From: Mobula hypostoma
Lineage: Eukaryota
Direction of reading: 5' to 3'
Assembly (NCBI RefSeq): GCF_963921235.1
Contig: NC_086097.1
Coordinates: forward strand, 199,642,001-199,706,000
DNA length: 64,000 nt
Below are positions 36,220 through 49,169 of this stretch, piece by piece (position 1 is the stretch's first letter; each line of letters begins with the position of its first letter). Both the position numbers and the translations under genes were made by a program. Below the pieces are notes generated by a model. That model saw only the letters and a program-made list of their open reading frames with translations, did not search any database and was not told where the DNA came from.

Positions 36220-37479
36220 TGTTATGTACCCCTAGGGTTCATATTTTCTGTGGACTGTCAATTTACAACACCAGAAGAATGAGACTAACTTTTGGACACT
36301 GTTTGAGGGGGAGAGGGGGAGGGGGAGGGGGAGGGTTATTGGTCATTTGATGGACAATCAATGTTATGGTTTCTCTGCAGTTTGCTTCGAATATACAAGG
36401 ACACGCAGACACACACAGTTAGAGTCAAGATGGATTCGGTCAATGGAAGACACCAGTGAGCTGGTCATTGGTTTAAACTTTCAGTAGCCCAAAAGGGGTG
36501 AGTTGAGATAGATCCAGGGTAGTGATAAATGACTCTCACAAGTTTTCTGCAAGTAGAACAAGTTTGTAGGAAGAGAAGAGAGGAGAGATAGGTTTGAAAC
36601 AGAAGAAACCTAGTAACAAAGAGATCACTGTTTGGACTCTCTCTCTAAGTAGCCTGTGAGAGTGAGTTTGTTTCCATTCGACTATGAAAGTGTGATTGTC
36701 ACTTACCACAGGAGTGGGTTCTCTGGTGAAGGGGAAACCTTTGTGAATACGATGTGTGTATTTACCCTTTATCTGGGTGTGGTAGTTCACTGAAGAAAGG
36801 TACCCCGTGGCAAATCACTGTTGGAGTTATTTCGTATGTTGTGGAACTGGATAAGTGGCTATCACGTTGTATGTTTGGGGTAACCTTGTGGAACCTACCG
36901 GTGTGTCAACCCTTGCCTATGTGGTGGTTCCCTTGAAGAGGGGCCCCTTTGTGATAAGCTACTGTTGGTGATAATCCATACGTGGATTCTGACTGAGTAT
37001 CCTGTGGCCACCACTTTGAGATGTCCCGTAGCTGAATTCGGATGTGGTACCACTTGTGTTGAAATGATATTAGTTGAAGATCACTATTGATGATATTTCG
37101 TGTGTGGAGTGGAACTACTTCGGAGATAAAACCTGCTACTATTGTTATCTTGTATTGCTGTCATGGAATCTGTGGAATATCGACTTAATTGCCTTCACAC
37201 AACATTCACCTTTGGATTACAAACATCTCACATTAATTAACCCGTGCATCTGAATTGAAATTTTCTTACCTACCATCGTAAGACTGTATCACTTACCACT
37301 CAAGTTTGAAGAAGTTTGGGTTTTACACTTACACACCTAAACTCTGCTAACCTGACTTACCTAGTTTTATATTACTGTATTGCATATTTACTAATAAAGT
37401 AGTGTTAGTTAACAGCAAAACAGATTCCAAGTGTGTTCCATTTCTGCTGGTTCTTTAACCCGTTACAGGGTACGTAACA
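36220..37479 (+). mobile_element. Solo LTR (1.26 kb) with 4-bp TSD
   Basis: TGTTATGTACCC...GGGTACGTAACA (12-bp inverted ends, 1 mismatch); TAGA on both sides; AATAAA near 37393. Confidence 0.9.
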
Positions 37480-38640
37480 TAGACATATAAGCTTAAGTCT
37501 GAAGCATATTGCTAATTTCCCATGCAATCAAGAGGAAAATGAAGACTATAAGCTAGTCTCCATACTGTTGGAAGTAATTTCCATTTATGTCCAAACAATT
37601 TCTTTATAGCAGCTAGGTGTTTAAACATTCTTAGCATCTTAGTCAACAATGGAAGGGTAAGAAGGATCTACAGTATCTCTCAAGAACTCATGCTCAGCAA
37701 CTTAATTGATTTACAAATACCCAAAAAAGAAAACTGTTTTTAGATTAGCATTATTATGATGAATTCATGCAAAGTCTTCTATCAGATGGTGTCATGGAAA
37801 CAAATGATGGGTTGTATAAAACAATGAGACAAACCTACAAAAAAATTATTACATTGAATAGGGGGTTATTCACTGCAGCTATATATTTTCAGAATCATAC
37901 ACTCAATAATTCTGTGAATTCTTTTGGTAATTATAGAGACGCAGCTGCCTACAGAAAATTCTGTTACCAATTTATAAGATAAAAGTAATATAGAAATTCC
38001 TCTATCAGCGACTCCCTCCAACTCCCATCCACCTTATTGTGGAGCCTTTGTCATAGTCATAGTCGTAATCATACTTTATTGATCCCGAGGGAAATTGGGT
38101 TTCGTTACAGTTGAACCAACCAAGAATAGAGTATAGATATAGCAATATAAAACCATAAATAATTAAATAATAATATGTAAATTATGCCAGGAAATAACTC
38201 CAGGACCAGCCTATTGGCTCAGGGTGTCTGACCCTCCAAGGGAGGAGTTGTAAAGTTTGATGGCCACAGGCAGGAATGACTTCCTATGACGCTCGGTGTT
38301 GCATCTCGGTGGAATGAGTCTCTGGCTGAATGTACTCCTGTGCCCAACCAGTACATTATGTAGTGGATGGGAGACATTATCCAAGATAGCATGCAACTTG
38401 GACAGCATCCTCTTTTCAGACACCACCGTCAGAGAGTCCAGTTCCATCCCCACAATATCACTGGCCTTACGAATGAGTTTGTTGATTCTGTTGGTGTCTG
38501 CTACCCTCAGCCTGCTGCCCCAGCACACAACAGCAAACATGATAGCATTGGCCACCACAGACTCGTAGAACATCCTCAGCATCGTCCGGCAGATGTTAAA
38601 GGACCTCATTCTCCTCAGGAAATAGAGACGGCTCTGACCC

Positions 38641-40801
38641 TGTCACAATGGGTGCTGGGAACGGACCCAAATGCGAGACACAGACACTGAAGTACAAGGA
38701 ACAGGACTTGACTAGAGTAGGGACGTGACAGGTTTCAGACCAGGAGCAGGAGCAAGAATGCACACTTGGGCTAGGGAAAGCGGGACCAGAACTTGGAACC
38801 ATGGACTAGGAGACAAGGCTTGGACTCCGAGCCCAAGACTGGACAAGGACCCAGAACCTGGGTCTTGCCTCAGGCTCGGACCCCAGAACAAGGCAAGGAC
38901 ATGACATGGTTTCAGGACAGAACATGACTGGGGTCTAGAGGCCTGAGCTTGGCTCGAGGCTGGGGTCTAGGGTCTTGAGCTTGGCTTGGGACTTGAGCTT
39001 GGCTTCGGATCCTCGAGGCTTAGGGTCTTGGGTCTTGAGCTTGGCTTGGGATCCTCGAGGCTTGGGGTCTTGGGTCTTGAGCTTGGCTTGGGATCCTCGA
39101 GGCTTGGGGTCTTGGGTCTTGAGCTTGGCTTGGCATCCTCGAGGCTTGGGGTCTTGGGTCTTGAGCTTGGCTTGGGATCCTCGAAGCTTGGGTTCTTGGA
39201 GCTTGGCTTGGGATCCTCGAGGCTGGGGTCTTGGGTCTTGATCTTGGCTTGGGATCTTCGTGGCTTGGGGTCTTGGATCTTGAGCTTGGCTTGGGATCCT
39301 CGAGGCTTGGGGTCTTGGATCTTGAGCTTGGTTTGAGATCCTCGAGGCTTGGGGTCTTGGATCTTGAGCTTGGCTGAGGGATCTTTGAGGTTTGGGTTCT
39401 TGGAGCTTGGCTGCGGGATCTTCGAGGCTTGGGTTCTTGGAGCTTGGCTGTGGGATCCTCGAGGCTTGGGCTCTTGGAGCTTGGCTGCCGGATCTTCGAG
39501 GCTTGGGCTCTTGGAGCTTAGCTGCAGGATCCTCGAGGCTTGGGTTCTTGGAGCTTGGCTGCGGGATCTTCGAGGCTTGGGCTCTTGGAGCTTGGCTGCG
39601 GGATCCTCGAGGCTTGGGCTCTTGGAGCTTGGCTGCGGGATCTTCGAGGCTTGGGCTCTTGGAGCTTGGCTGCGGGATCTTCGAGGCTTGGACTCTTGGA
39701 GCTTGGCTGCGGGATCTTCGAGGCTTGGGCTCTTGGAGCTTGGCTGCGGGATCTTCGAGGCTTGGGCTCTTGGAGCTTGGCTGCGGGATCCTCGAGGCTT
39801 GGGCTCTTGGAGCTTGGCTGCGGGATCCTCGAGGCTTGGGCTCTTGGAGCTTGGCTGCGGGATCTTCGAGGCTTGGGCTCTTGGAGCTTGGCTGCGGGAT
39901 CTTTAAGGCTTGGGCTCTTGGAGCTTGGCTGCGGGATCTTCGAGGCTTGGGCTCTTGGAGCTTGGCTGCGGGACCTTTGAGGCTTGGGCTCTTGGAGCTT
40001 GGCTGCGGGATCTTCGTCTTGAAATGCGGAGGCTGATAACTCAGAGGCTGGAGCTGAGAGACAGACTGGGAACTGAACATCAACATAGAGCCGGGACTTA
40101 TCCTTCGACAAGCCAGGACTCAACTTCATCTCCACAACCAAGGTGGGACAGGTCTCTCCATCAGGTAATGGCAGAACAGCCAGACTTACCCAACAGAGGC
40201 AAGAACACGAGAAGACAGGTCTCCTCGCGGGGCAATGGCAAGACGGCCTGACTTACCCCACAGAGGCGAGGACAAGACAAGACAAGACATGACCCCCGGC
40301 AGGGCAACGGCAAGACGGCTTGCCTTACCCCACGGAGGCGAAGACAAGAGACAAACACCAAAGAACAACAGACAGTTCTATCTCTGCTCCGGGGTAGCCC
40401 CAAGTCTCAGTTCAGCCAGCAACCTCAGCTGGCTACAGAAACATCCGGATCCCTACCTAGCTCGGAGTGGCTGGCAGCCACTAAGCTGGCCCAGGAAACA
40501 GCCGAATCCATACCGCAAAGACTACTCTAACAAGTGGCAACAAGGGTCCATGAAGCAGTGGTCCTCCAACCAGACCTAGAGATCACAAATGGTTTCATCA
40601 GCAGGTTGCTCCAAGGCGGGACTGACAAGGCAAAACCAGCAGCCCACACTCAATCCCAAGGCTACTTATATTGCAAGCCCAAAGATGGGAATCAGGTGCC
40701 AATGATTAACTGAAACAAGGGACAGCTGGAAGACCCCGAGTCCTGAGTCCACGGACCAGACCATGAACCGGAATGTGGACTTCACGGATCGGACCATGAC
40801 A
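38641..40801 (-). mobile_element. Gypsy-like solo LTR expanded by a minisatellite, 5-bp TSD
   Basis: TGTCA...TGACA termini; GACCC at 38636-40 and 40802-06; both ends are homologous to 54733-55945. Confidence 0.88.
38955..40016. repeat. GC-rich minisatellite: 42-bp units grading into 37-bp units
   Basis: GAGGCTTGGGGTCTTGGGTCTTGAGCTTGGCTTGGGATCCTC (42 bp), then GAGGCTTGGGCTCTTGGAGCTTGGCTGCGGGATCTTC (37 bp). Confidence 0.97.
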
Positions 40802-41264
40802 GACCCTTCTTGCAGACAGCCTCAGTGTTCTTTGACCAGTCCAGTTTATTGTCAATTCGTATCCCCAGGTATTTGTAATCCTCCACCATGTCCACAGTGA
40901 CCCCCTGGATGGAAACAGGGGTCACCGGTACCTTAGCTCTCCTCAGGTCCACCACCAGCTCCTTAGTCTTTTTCACATTAAGCTGCAGATAATTCTACTC
41001 ACACCATGTGACAAAGTTTCCTACCGTAGCCCTGTACTCAGCCTCATCTCCCTTGCTGATGCATCCAACTAAGGCAGAGTCATCAGAAAACTGCTGAAGA
41101 TGGCAAGACTCTGTGCAGTAGTTGAAGTCCGAGGTGTAAATGGTGAAGAGAAAGGGAGATGAGACAGTCCCCTGTGGAGCCCCAGTGCTGCTGATCACTC
41201 TGTCTGACACATAGTGTTGCAAGCACTGTTCTACATGCTTAGACACTGAAATGGCATTACAATA

Positions 41265-42040
41265 CAGTGGATTCTGATTAATTGGGACACATTGGGACTT
41301 ATATATTTTGGCCCAATGAAGCAGCTGTCCTATTTGCTAAAATTTCATGCAAATAGTTAAAATTTATATTAAAAAAACTACCATTTAACTAAGTAACAAG
41401 TATTTAAATGAAATATAGATCAAATTAGAACACTCTTAATACTACTACAGTACCTTAAACTGTGTATTAATTCCTAATAGTTATTGACAGAGAAATTCCT
41501 CCAGTGTACGCTGTTGTGCACTTTTTATTGACTTTAAATGGGACAATATCAGTGCAGACACTTAATGTAGATAATGGATTGCATTTTTATCTCCAAATCT
41601 TCTTTTTCATTGTAACATTCAAGATAATTGTTGATACCTTTGGATTCCTTACAGTTCCTAACTTGTTGAAGGAGTGAAATCATTTCAATTTCACTCCCAG
41701 CCATTTCTTGCATCTGTAAACCTGAATGCTTGAAACCACAGTGAACAAAACGGTTCTGAATTGTCTTACTGCTTACTTGCCAACTATCAGTGACCAAAAT
41801 CCTTGTCTTTGAGCACAAACACATGCAACTGGTGCTATTTAAAATCTGCTCGTTCTAAATACTTGTGTCTATTGGGACACAAGTGCCTGTGACTGACACT
41901 AGTTAGAAACTATTCAGCAACTTACTCCAGGCATAGTGTCCCAAATAAACAAAGGGAATCACAGCTATTTTCTCAATTTGTTTTTTGCTCTCTCAGAGTT
42001 GTTCCAAATAAGTGGCTGCCCAATTAACCGGAATCCATTG
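41265..42040 (-). mobile_element. Tigger/pogo-like non-autonomous DNA transposon
   Basis: TA + CAGTGGATTCTGATTAATTGGG ... CCCAATTAACCGGAATCCATTG TIRs; transposase C-terminal remnant SWQVSSKTIQNRFVHCGF (-). Confidence 0.85.
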
Positions 42041-44099
42041 CATTTCAAATTGTATATGTTACACCAAAATTTGCAAATGAGCCTTTTCTACACACTGATG
42101 TAATTATAAGTCTTAAAATTTTTCAATGTATTACCTCGAGATACATCACTTTCCAACACTGGCTTCTCATTATTCATATGCTTGCTTATTCATTAACTAT
42201 AAAGTCTTTTATTTCAGTAACACAAAGAATTCAACCCAATGTAAAATACAAAGTTGATTTTCTGGTAAGAAACAAACCCCTATTGCAATAAAATAATAAA
42301 GTGCAGAAAATACACATGCGTAAATATTTTTTAAAATGAGTTAATGGTCCTGAGGTGATCTTCTGCCACAATTGCTTCTGTGAATCTCATTTTTTAATTT
42401 TTGTCAGTTTACTGATGATATTTTAGTGACATAACATAAATATAGCGAACTATAAATGACAGTAGATTTGTGTTAGACAAGCATCTGATAAACGCTAATT
42501 TCTTGTAATATGTTTTCATAAACGTATGAAAATTTCAACATAGAAGGCGGGCACTCAGCCAATGTCTCCACCCAGTTATTTTGGTTCTTTCTTATTTCTT
42601 ATCATTGAATATTTTATTCCATTTAAACCAAAGCCAGAAAAAAAGTATGTGAGGTAGAAAAGAAATAGAGTGTAATACTGACAAAGTGGGATGATATAAG
42701 AAGTGAAGATTATCATGTGGAGTTGGACCAAAGCAATAAATTGGTTATATTCAGTATATAAGGTAATGGACATACTACAAAAGGAAAAATAAAACAATAC
42801 CAGATATAATATTATAGTTACAGAAAGAGTGCTGAGTGCAGGAAGAATTTAAAAATTTTATAAGATATTTGTATAAAAACCATTGTAAGGAATGTAATGA
42901 TGTTAACAGTTCTAGATAATTTCATCTGTTAGGTGACAATTCAGTATATTTTTGTGTTCAGTATACAAGAGAATTTGATGAATAATTCCCATAAAATATT
43001 GAAAAGTGCTTCCACAGCATCACCATCCCAGATGCTCAGAACTTCCAGCACAATCAGAGCCATTTGGTTACTAGGCTGGGGATTTAAAGCATGCTGCTAA
43101 TCTAGCCTGACAGAAGCAGCATAGGTCTGGGTTCATTTTTTGTTTTGCATCACACTTGATGGCACTCAAGTCAAATTTTGAGGGATTTGAAAGGCTATCT
43201 GATTTGAACCTGTCAGTTGCCCACTATGTCAGATCAAATAAAATCAAACCTGAGCTGGTACAAGTTCATTTTGCAAGTAGTTGACCCTATTGTGACAGAG
43301 TCATGGCTCTAGGCAATTGGACCCAATTGTTCATATTTGAAAAATAATCCCATTGAAGAGTGGGGTAACAATGGCAAATTGAACCCTTCTAAATTATGGA
43401 AGGATTTACAAAAATTTGAAAAAAACTACTACTCTAATTGCTCTGCCAATTAGTTTTACACTTCATACAAGTTATAAGGATGAAAACAAGAAGTTTTTTT
43501 TTCGTTTACATAACCACTACAGCTGAGTGGAGAACTTGAATCTGTCACAAGAATGAAGAAGTAACTTCTCCCCTCCCCTCAGCACCAGACGTGACATTGT
43601 TCATTCCAGACATATAGGTAGCTTTGAAATGCAGAAACAATGTGAAGGTCCTCACTCTCTCTCACAACCATCATGTTAACACCATGTGATTTAGAGGACA
43701 GTGATGAGGCAGGAGATGTGACAAAATTGGACTGGAGTGTGCTGTAGCCATCTCTATCAAGTTTGCACTTTCCCTTTCTCTTTCCTTCCACCTGGTGTGT
43801 CCTCACTTCTTGACAGGCAAAAGACGGTGGGGGTGATTCTCATAATGGAAAAGTACACCATGAAAGATATTGCAGCCATTCAGCTGGATATTCCAAAATA
43901 AACAGTACAATTAACAGTGCTTTACAGTATCAGTGGACTGTTTCTTTTGATTTCTCAAAGCAGCTGAAACTCACTTTATGTCATAGCCACGTACAAACTC
44001 TTTCATCAGTGGATAGCCTTTCACAATTAAATCCATTACTTTACGGTGTCATTGAATACAACAGGCACGCTGGATTCCAGCATTGTGGTTGCTTCCTTA

Positions 44100-44370
44100 G
44101 TGCTAGACACTCTCCTCCATCGGATTCCTTCTTCAGCCCTTAACCTTTTCCATGTATTACCTCCCAGCTTCCTACTTCATCCCCCATCCTCCACCCACCT
44201 AGCTTCACTATCACCTTCTAGTTTGTACTCCTTTCCCTTCTCCAACTTCTTAATCCGGCCTCTTCCCCCTTTCCTTCCAATCCCGATTAAGGGACTCGGC
44301 CCGAAACGCCAACTGTTTATTAATTGATGTGGATGCTGCCTGACCTGCCGAGTTTCTCCAGCACTTTGCA
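44100..44370 (+). mobile_element. Old PLE pLTR remnant with a decayed hammerhead
   Basis: Pyrimidine-rich tract, then CCGATTAAGGGACTCGGCCCGAAACGCCAACTG and GATGCTGCCTGACCTGC. Confidence 0.7.
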
Positions 44371-44799
44371 ACATGTTCCCCTTGATGTAGCAGCTGGATA
44401 TGAGCGAGTGCAGTTAATTTCACCAGGTTAAGGTGAAGTTGACATCATAATGCTCACACAACACAATCCACATGCCTGCAGCATGAGCAACCCTTTGAAT
44501 CAGAGAAATACTCCAGTCTTGTTCCAACCACATCTCTCTTAGAGAGAGAAAATGAAAGATTCTCTGCTTTTCAACAGGCTGAGAAACTCCCAAGTTGAAA
44601 CTGAAGCTACACTTCCCTGAAAGTGACATCATAACATGGCAGAGTGGTGAAGGAAATATTTGACGTGCAGGCCTTCATCAGTCAGAGCATTGAGAATCAA
44701 TGACTGGATGTCATGTTGCTGTTTCACAAAATGATGCTGAGGCCATATTTGGAATATTGTGTTCAGTTTTTATCACCCTGCTGTAGGATTGATGTCATT

Positions 44800-47700
44800 A
44801 AGATCATAAGACATAGAAACAGAAATAGGCCATTTGGCCTACCAAGTTTGCTCCACCATTTGATCCTGGCTGATCCATTTCCCTCTCAACCCCATTCCCC
44901 TACTTTCTCCCTTTAACCTTTCATGCTCTGACTTATCAAGAGTCTATCAACTTCTGCCTTAACTATACCCAACGATCTGGCCTCCACAGCCAATTGTGGC
45001 AACAAATTCCACAGACTCACCACCCTCTGTCTAAAGAAATTCCTCCTCATCTGTGTTCTAAATGATCATCCCCGTTCCGAGTCAGCGTCCTCTGTTCCCA
45101 GATTCCCCCACTGTAGCAAACATTCCCTCTACATTCACTCTATCTAGGTCTTTCAACATTCAATAAGTTTCAATGAGATCCCTCCTCATTCTTCTGAATT
45201 CTATTGATTATAGGCCCAGAGCCATCAAACACTCCATGTATGATAAGCCTTCCATTCCTAGAATCATTTTCATGAACCTCCTCAGAACCCAGTCCAATGT
45301 ACATAAATGCTTTTATGATAAGGGGCCCAAAACTTCTCACAATTCTCCAAGTGAGACCTCACTAATGTCTTATGAAACCTCAACATAACATCCTTGCTCA
45401 TAGATTTTGGTCCTCGGAAATGAATACAAACATCGCATTTGCCTTCCTCACCACTGACTCAACCCGCAAGTTAACCTTTAGGAAACCCAGGTCTCCCAAG
45501 TCCCTTCACACCACAGATTTTTGAATTTTCTCCCGATTTAGAAAATAGTCTGTGCTTTTATTCCTTCTACCAAAGTGCATGACTGTACATGTCCCAACGC
45601 TGTCTTCCATCTGTCGCTTCTTCACCCATTCTCCTAATCTGTCTAAGTCCTGCAGCGTCCCCGCTTCCTCAACACCACCTATTTTCCTACTGTCTTCAAA
45701 CTTGGCAACAAAGCCATCAATTCTGTTATACAAGTCATTGACATACAACATAAAAAGAAGTGGTCTCAACACCAACCCCTGCAGAATACCACTAGTCACC
45801 AGCAGCCAATCATAAGAGACTCCCTTTATTCCCACACTTTGCCTCCTTCCAAACAGCTAATGCTCCATCCATTCTAGTATCTTTCCTGTAATACCATGGG
45901 CTCTTATCTTGATAAGCAGCCTCATGTCTGGCACCTTGTCAAAGGCCTTCCAAAAATCCAAGTGCACAATATCCACCAATTCTCCTTTGTCTATCCTGCT
46001 TGTTATTTCCTCAAAGAAATCCAACAGATTTGTCAGACAAGATTTTCCCTTAAAAACACCATGCTGACTTTGGCCTATTTTACCACGTGACTCCAAGTAT
46101 CTCAAAACCACATCCTTAGCAATTGACTTCAACATCTTCCCAAACACTAAGGTCAGGCTAACAGATCTATAATTTCCTTTTTTCTGCCTCCCTCCCTTCT
46201 TGAAGAGTGGAGTGGCATTTGCAATTTTGCAGTCCTTTAGAACCATGCCATTATCTAGTGATTCTTATAAGATCTTAACCAATGCTCGCACAATTTTTCA
46301 GCTACTTCTTTCAGAACCTTCGGGTACAGTTTATCTGGTTCTGGTGATTTATCCAACTTCAGTCCTTTCAGCTTTTCAGGCATCTTCTCCTTAGTTATTG
46401 CACTCACTTCTGCCCTCGACACTTTCGAACTTTTTGCATACTACTAGTGACTTCCACAGTGATGAATAATGCAAAACACATATTCAGTTCATCCACCATT
46501 TCCTTGTCCCTCCATTACTCCTTCTCCAGCATCATTTTCCAGTGGTCCCATATCAACTCTCCCCTCTCTTTTATATATCTAAATAAACTTCTGGTATCCT
46601 CTTTGACATTATTGGCTATCTTACCTTCATATTTCATCTTTTTCTTCCTTATGACTTTTTTTAGTTGGTTCTGTTGGTTTAGATTAGATAGATTATGAGG
46701 ACACACAGTCCCCTTTTATTGTCATTTAGTAATGCATGCATTAAGAAATGATACAATGTTCCTCCAGAATGATATCACAGAAACACAAGACAAACCATGA
46801 CTAAAAAAACTGACAAAAACCACATAATTATAACATATAGTTTCAACAGTGCAAAGCAATACCGTAATTTGATAAAGAACAGACCATAGGCACAGTAAAA
46901 AAAAGTCTCGAAGTCTCTCAAAAGTCCCATCATCTCACGCAGAAGGGTGAAACTTTCCCTGCCATGAGCTTCCAGCGCCACAAACTTGCCAATGCAACAC
47001 CGTGGAAGCACCCGACCACAGCCGATTCTTGAGTCCATCCAAAAACTTTGAGCCTCCAACCAGCCCTCCGACAGTGAGCACCCTCTCTGCCATGCACTTC
47101 GATCCCGGCCCCGGCAACAGGCAATAGGCAAAGCTGAGGATTTTGGGCCTTCCCCTCCAGAGATTCTCAATCGCACAGTAGCAGTGGCAGCAAAGCAGGC
47201 ATTTCAGAAGTTTCTCTAGATGTTCCTCCGTGCTTCTCACATCTGTCTCCATCAAATCAGGATTGTGCATGGCCCCTACTTAACAAATACGATATCATTT
47301 TGGAGCGCCCGCGTGTGCTGTGTCGGGCCGCCATCTTCTCCTCCCCTCCACTTAAAGGCTTCCCAATCCTCTATAATCCCACTAATTTTTGCTACATTAT
47401 ATGCCCTCACTTTTGCTTTTATCCTGTCTTTAATTTCCCTTGTCAGCCTCCTTTGTCTCCTCCTCTCTTTAGAATATTTCTACATCTTGGGATATATCTA
47501 TACTGTACCTTCCAAATTTCTCCCAGAAACAGCAGCTGTTCTGCCATTATCCTTGCAAGTGTCCTCTTCCAGTCAATTTTAGCCATTTCCTCTTTCATGC
47601 CTTTGTAAATCCCTATACTCCATTGAAATATTGATACATCGGATTTTAGTTCTCACTCTGAAATTGCAGGGTGAATTCTATCATATTATGATCACCGACT

Positions 47701-48025
47701 CCTCAGAGTTCTTTTACCTTAAGCTCCTTAATCAGATCTGGTTCATTACACTACACCCAATCCGGAATAGCTGATCTCTTTGTGAGCTCAACCACAAGCT
47801 TCTCTAAAAAGTTATCTTGTAGGCATTCAACAAATTCTCTCTCTCAGGATCCAAAATCAGCACCAACATGATTTTCCCAATATACCTGCACATTGAAATC
47901 CCCCATGACCATCACAACATTGCCCTTTTGGCATGCATTTTCTATTGTAACTTGTAGCCCACACCCTGCCTATCGTTTGGAGACTTAATATATAACTCCC
48001 ATAAGGGTCTTTTTACCCTTGCAGT
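44800..48025 (-). mobile_element. Old CR1 ORF2 (endonuclease to 3' end), interrupted at 46681-47350
   Basis: LDFWKAFDKVP, GNYRSVSLT, and an endonuclease GDFN region near 47900. Confidence 0.9.
46681..47350 (-). mobile_element. Non-autonomous LINE-derived element (AAGATGGCG 5' end, AATAAA plus microsatellite tail)
   Basis: Minus strand starts GGAGGAGAAGATGGCGGC and ends AATAAA...(TAATC)-like; CR1 is continuous on both sides; a related 5' end lies at 48265-48712. Confidence 0.7.
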
Positions 48026-49169
48026 AAGAAGGTGAAAAGAATATAGAATAGATTTATGTAGATGTTTCCAAAATTCATGATTTATGGAGAGTAATTGAAC
48101 ATGTTGGGACTTCATTCAGGGGAGCCTAGGAAAATGAGGGTGATCTTATAAAGGTAAGAAAGTAATGAGGGGCATAGACCGGGTAAATATACTCAGTCTT
48201 TTCCCCAGGGTTTGGGAATCAAGAACTAGACGGCATAGGATTAGGGTGAAAAAGAGGTGTCTCCATTTCACAGCAAGAGGGGAGACATAACAAACAACTC
48301 TCTGGTTTACGATGTTAAAAGTCCATTGCATTGCTTTTTCCAAGTTCTGTGCCCAGAGATCTCAGGTCTCTGGTCACACAACCTTAGATCTTCCATCTCC
48401 CATGACGCACCAATCTCCTGCCTGGACACTGACCTCCGATACTCCCATCTCTAGAGCCACAAAATCTTGAACACCTGAAGGCGAGAAAAGCTCTTAGGCT
48501 GCACCCTTGGCATGCCAAACAACAGCCAGTCATGAAACTCCAAGAACGGGTCCCATTCCCGCAAAGAACCACAGTCAACATGCAACTCCAGATCAGGGTC
48601 TTCAAAAGAACCCTGAAAGGGAAAAAATAGAGATATTAAAGATGGAAATAGATCTGTTTCCAAAGATGCAAGCAAAGAAGTTGGTGTTAGGCACCATTGT
48701 CTCCTCCTAAGCTCCTTCTCCAAAATGAGGCAATGTATAATTTAAGCTGTGGATTTGCAAACTCCTGCCTTTTACCAAGAAGCAGAAGTTAAAATTACCT
48801 TTACCCACTTGTTTTTCATTTGTGGAGTTGCGTCTAGTATTGTGCACTATATGTGTCAGAATTTCATTTGGAACCAGGTCTCATACAGGAGAACATTTCT
48901 TTGACCAATGACAAGATTGCAGCAGTTGCTGAATTGTTCCTGGTGTCATCCACTCATTGTGCCAAAGTAAAATGGTACCAAAAGTTTGATAAGTTTTCAC
49001 TGAAGGTGAAAACTTCACTCAACACATAACCTTCTTTATTTTAGCTTTCTGGTTAAGGTGCTGTAAGATTTTCAGCAGAAAGAGCTAAAGGTAAAGCATT
49101 CGGGTGGCACCTAACACAAACTGCACAAACCCACCATTTTGTCAGTTCTATATACAGACTGTCTACTTC

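Larger units (their letters stand above)
38050..41225 (-). mobile_element. Rex1/Babar LINE 3' part, split by an LTR insertion
   Basis: TGAPQGTVSSPFLFTIYT, QFSDDS, KYLGIRIDNKLDW, RMFYESVVANAI; (TATGAC)n tail. Confidence 0.92.

Noticed and set aside
38955..40016. CRISPR-like array (37-bp period)
   Set aside because: Head-to-tail repeats with no unique spacers, no cas genes, and a eukaryotic context
38935..40251. Long overlapping ORFs (up to 383 aa) on both strands
   Set aside because: They are translations of a stop-poor 37/42-bp minisatellite inside a solo LTR, with no domain or gene context
42130..42200. Possible minus-strand exon ending at a GT donor (MNNEKPVLESDVSR)
   Set aside because: All frames from the nearest acceptor contain stops; no recognisable protein
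48790..48880. Possible minus-strand exon with AAG|GTAATT donor
   Set aside because: No convincing acceptor before an in-frame stop; no recognisable homology
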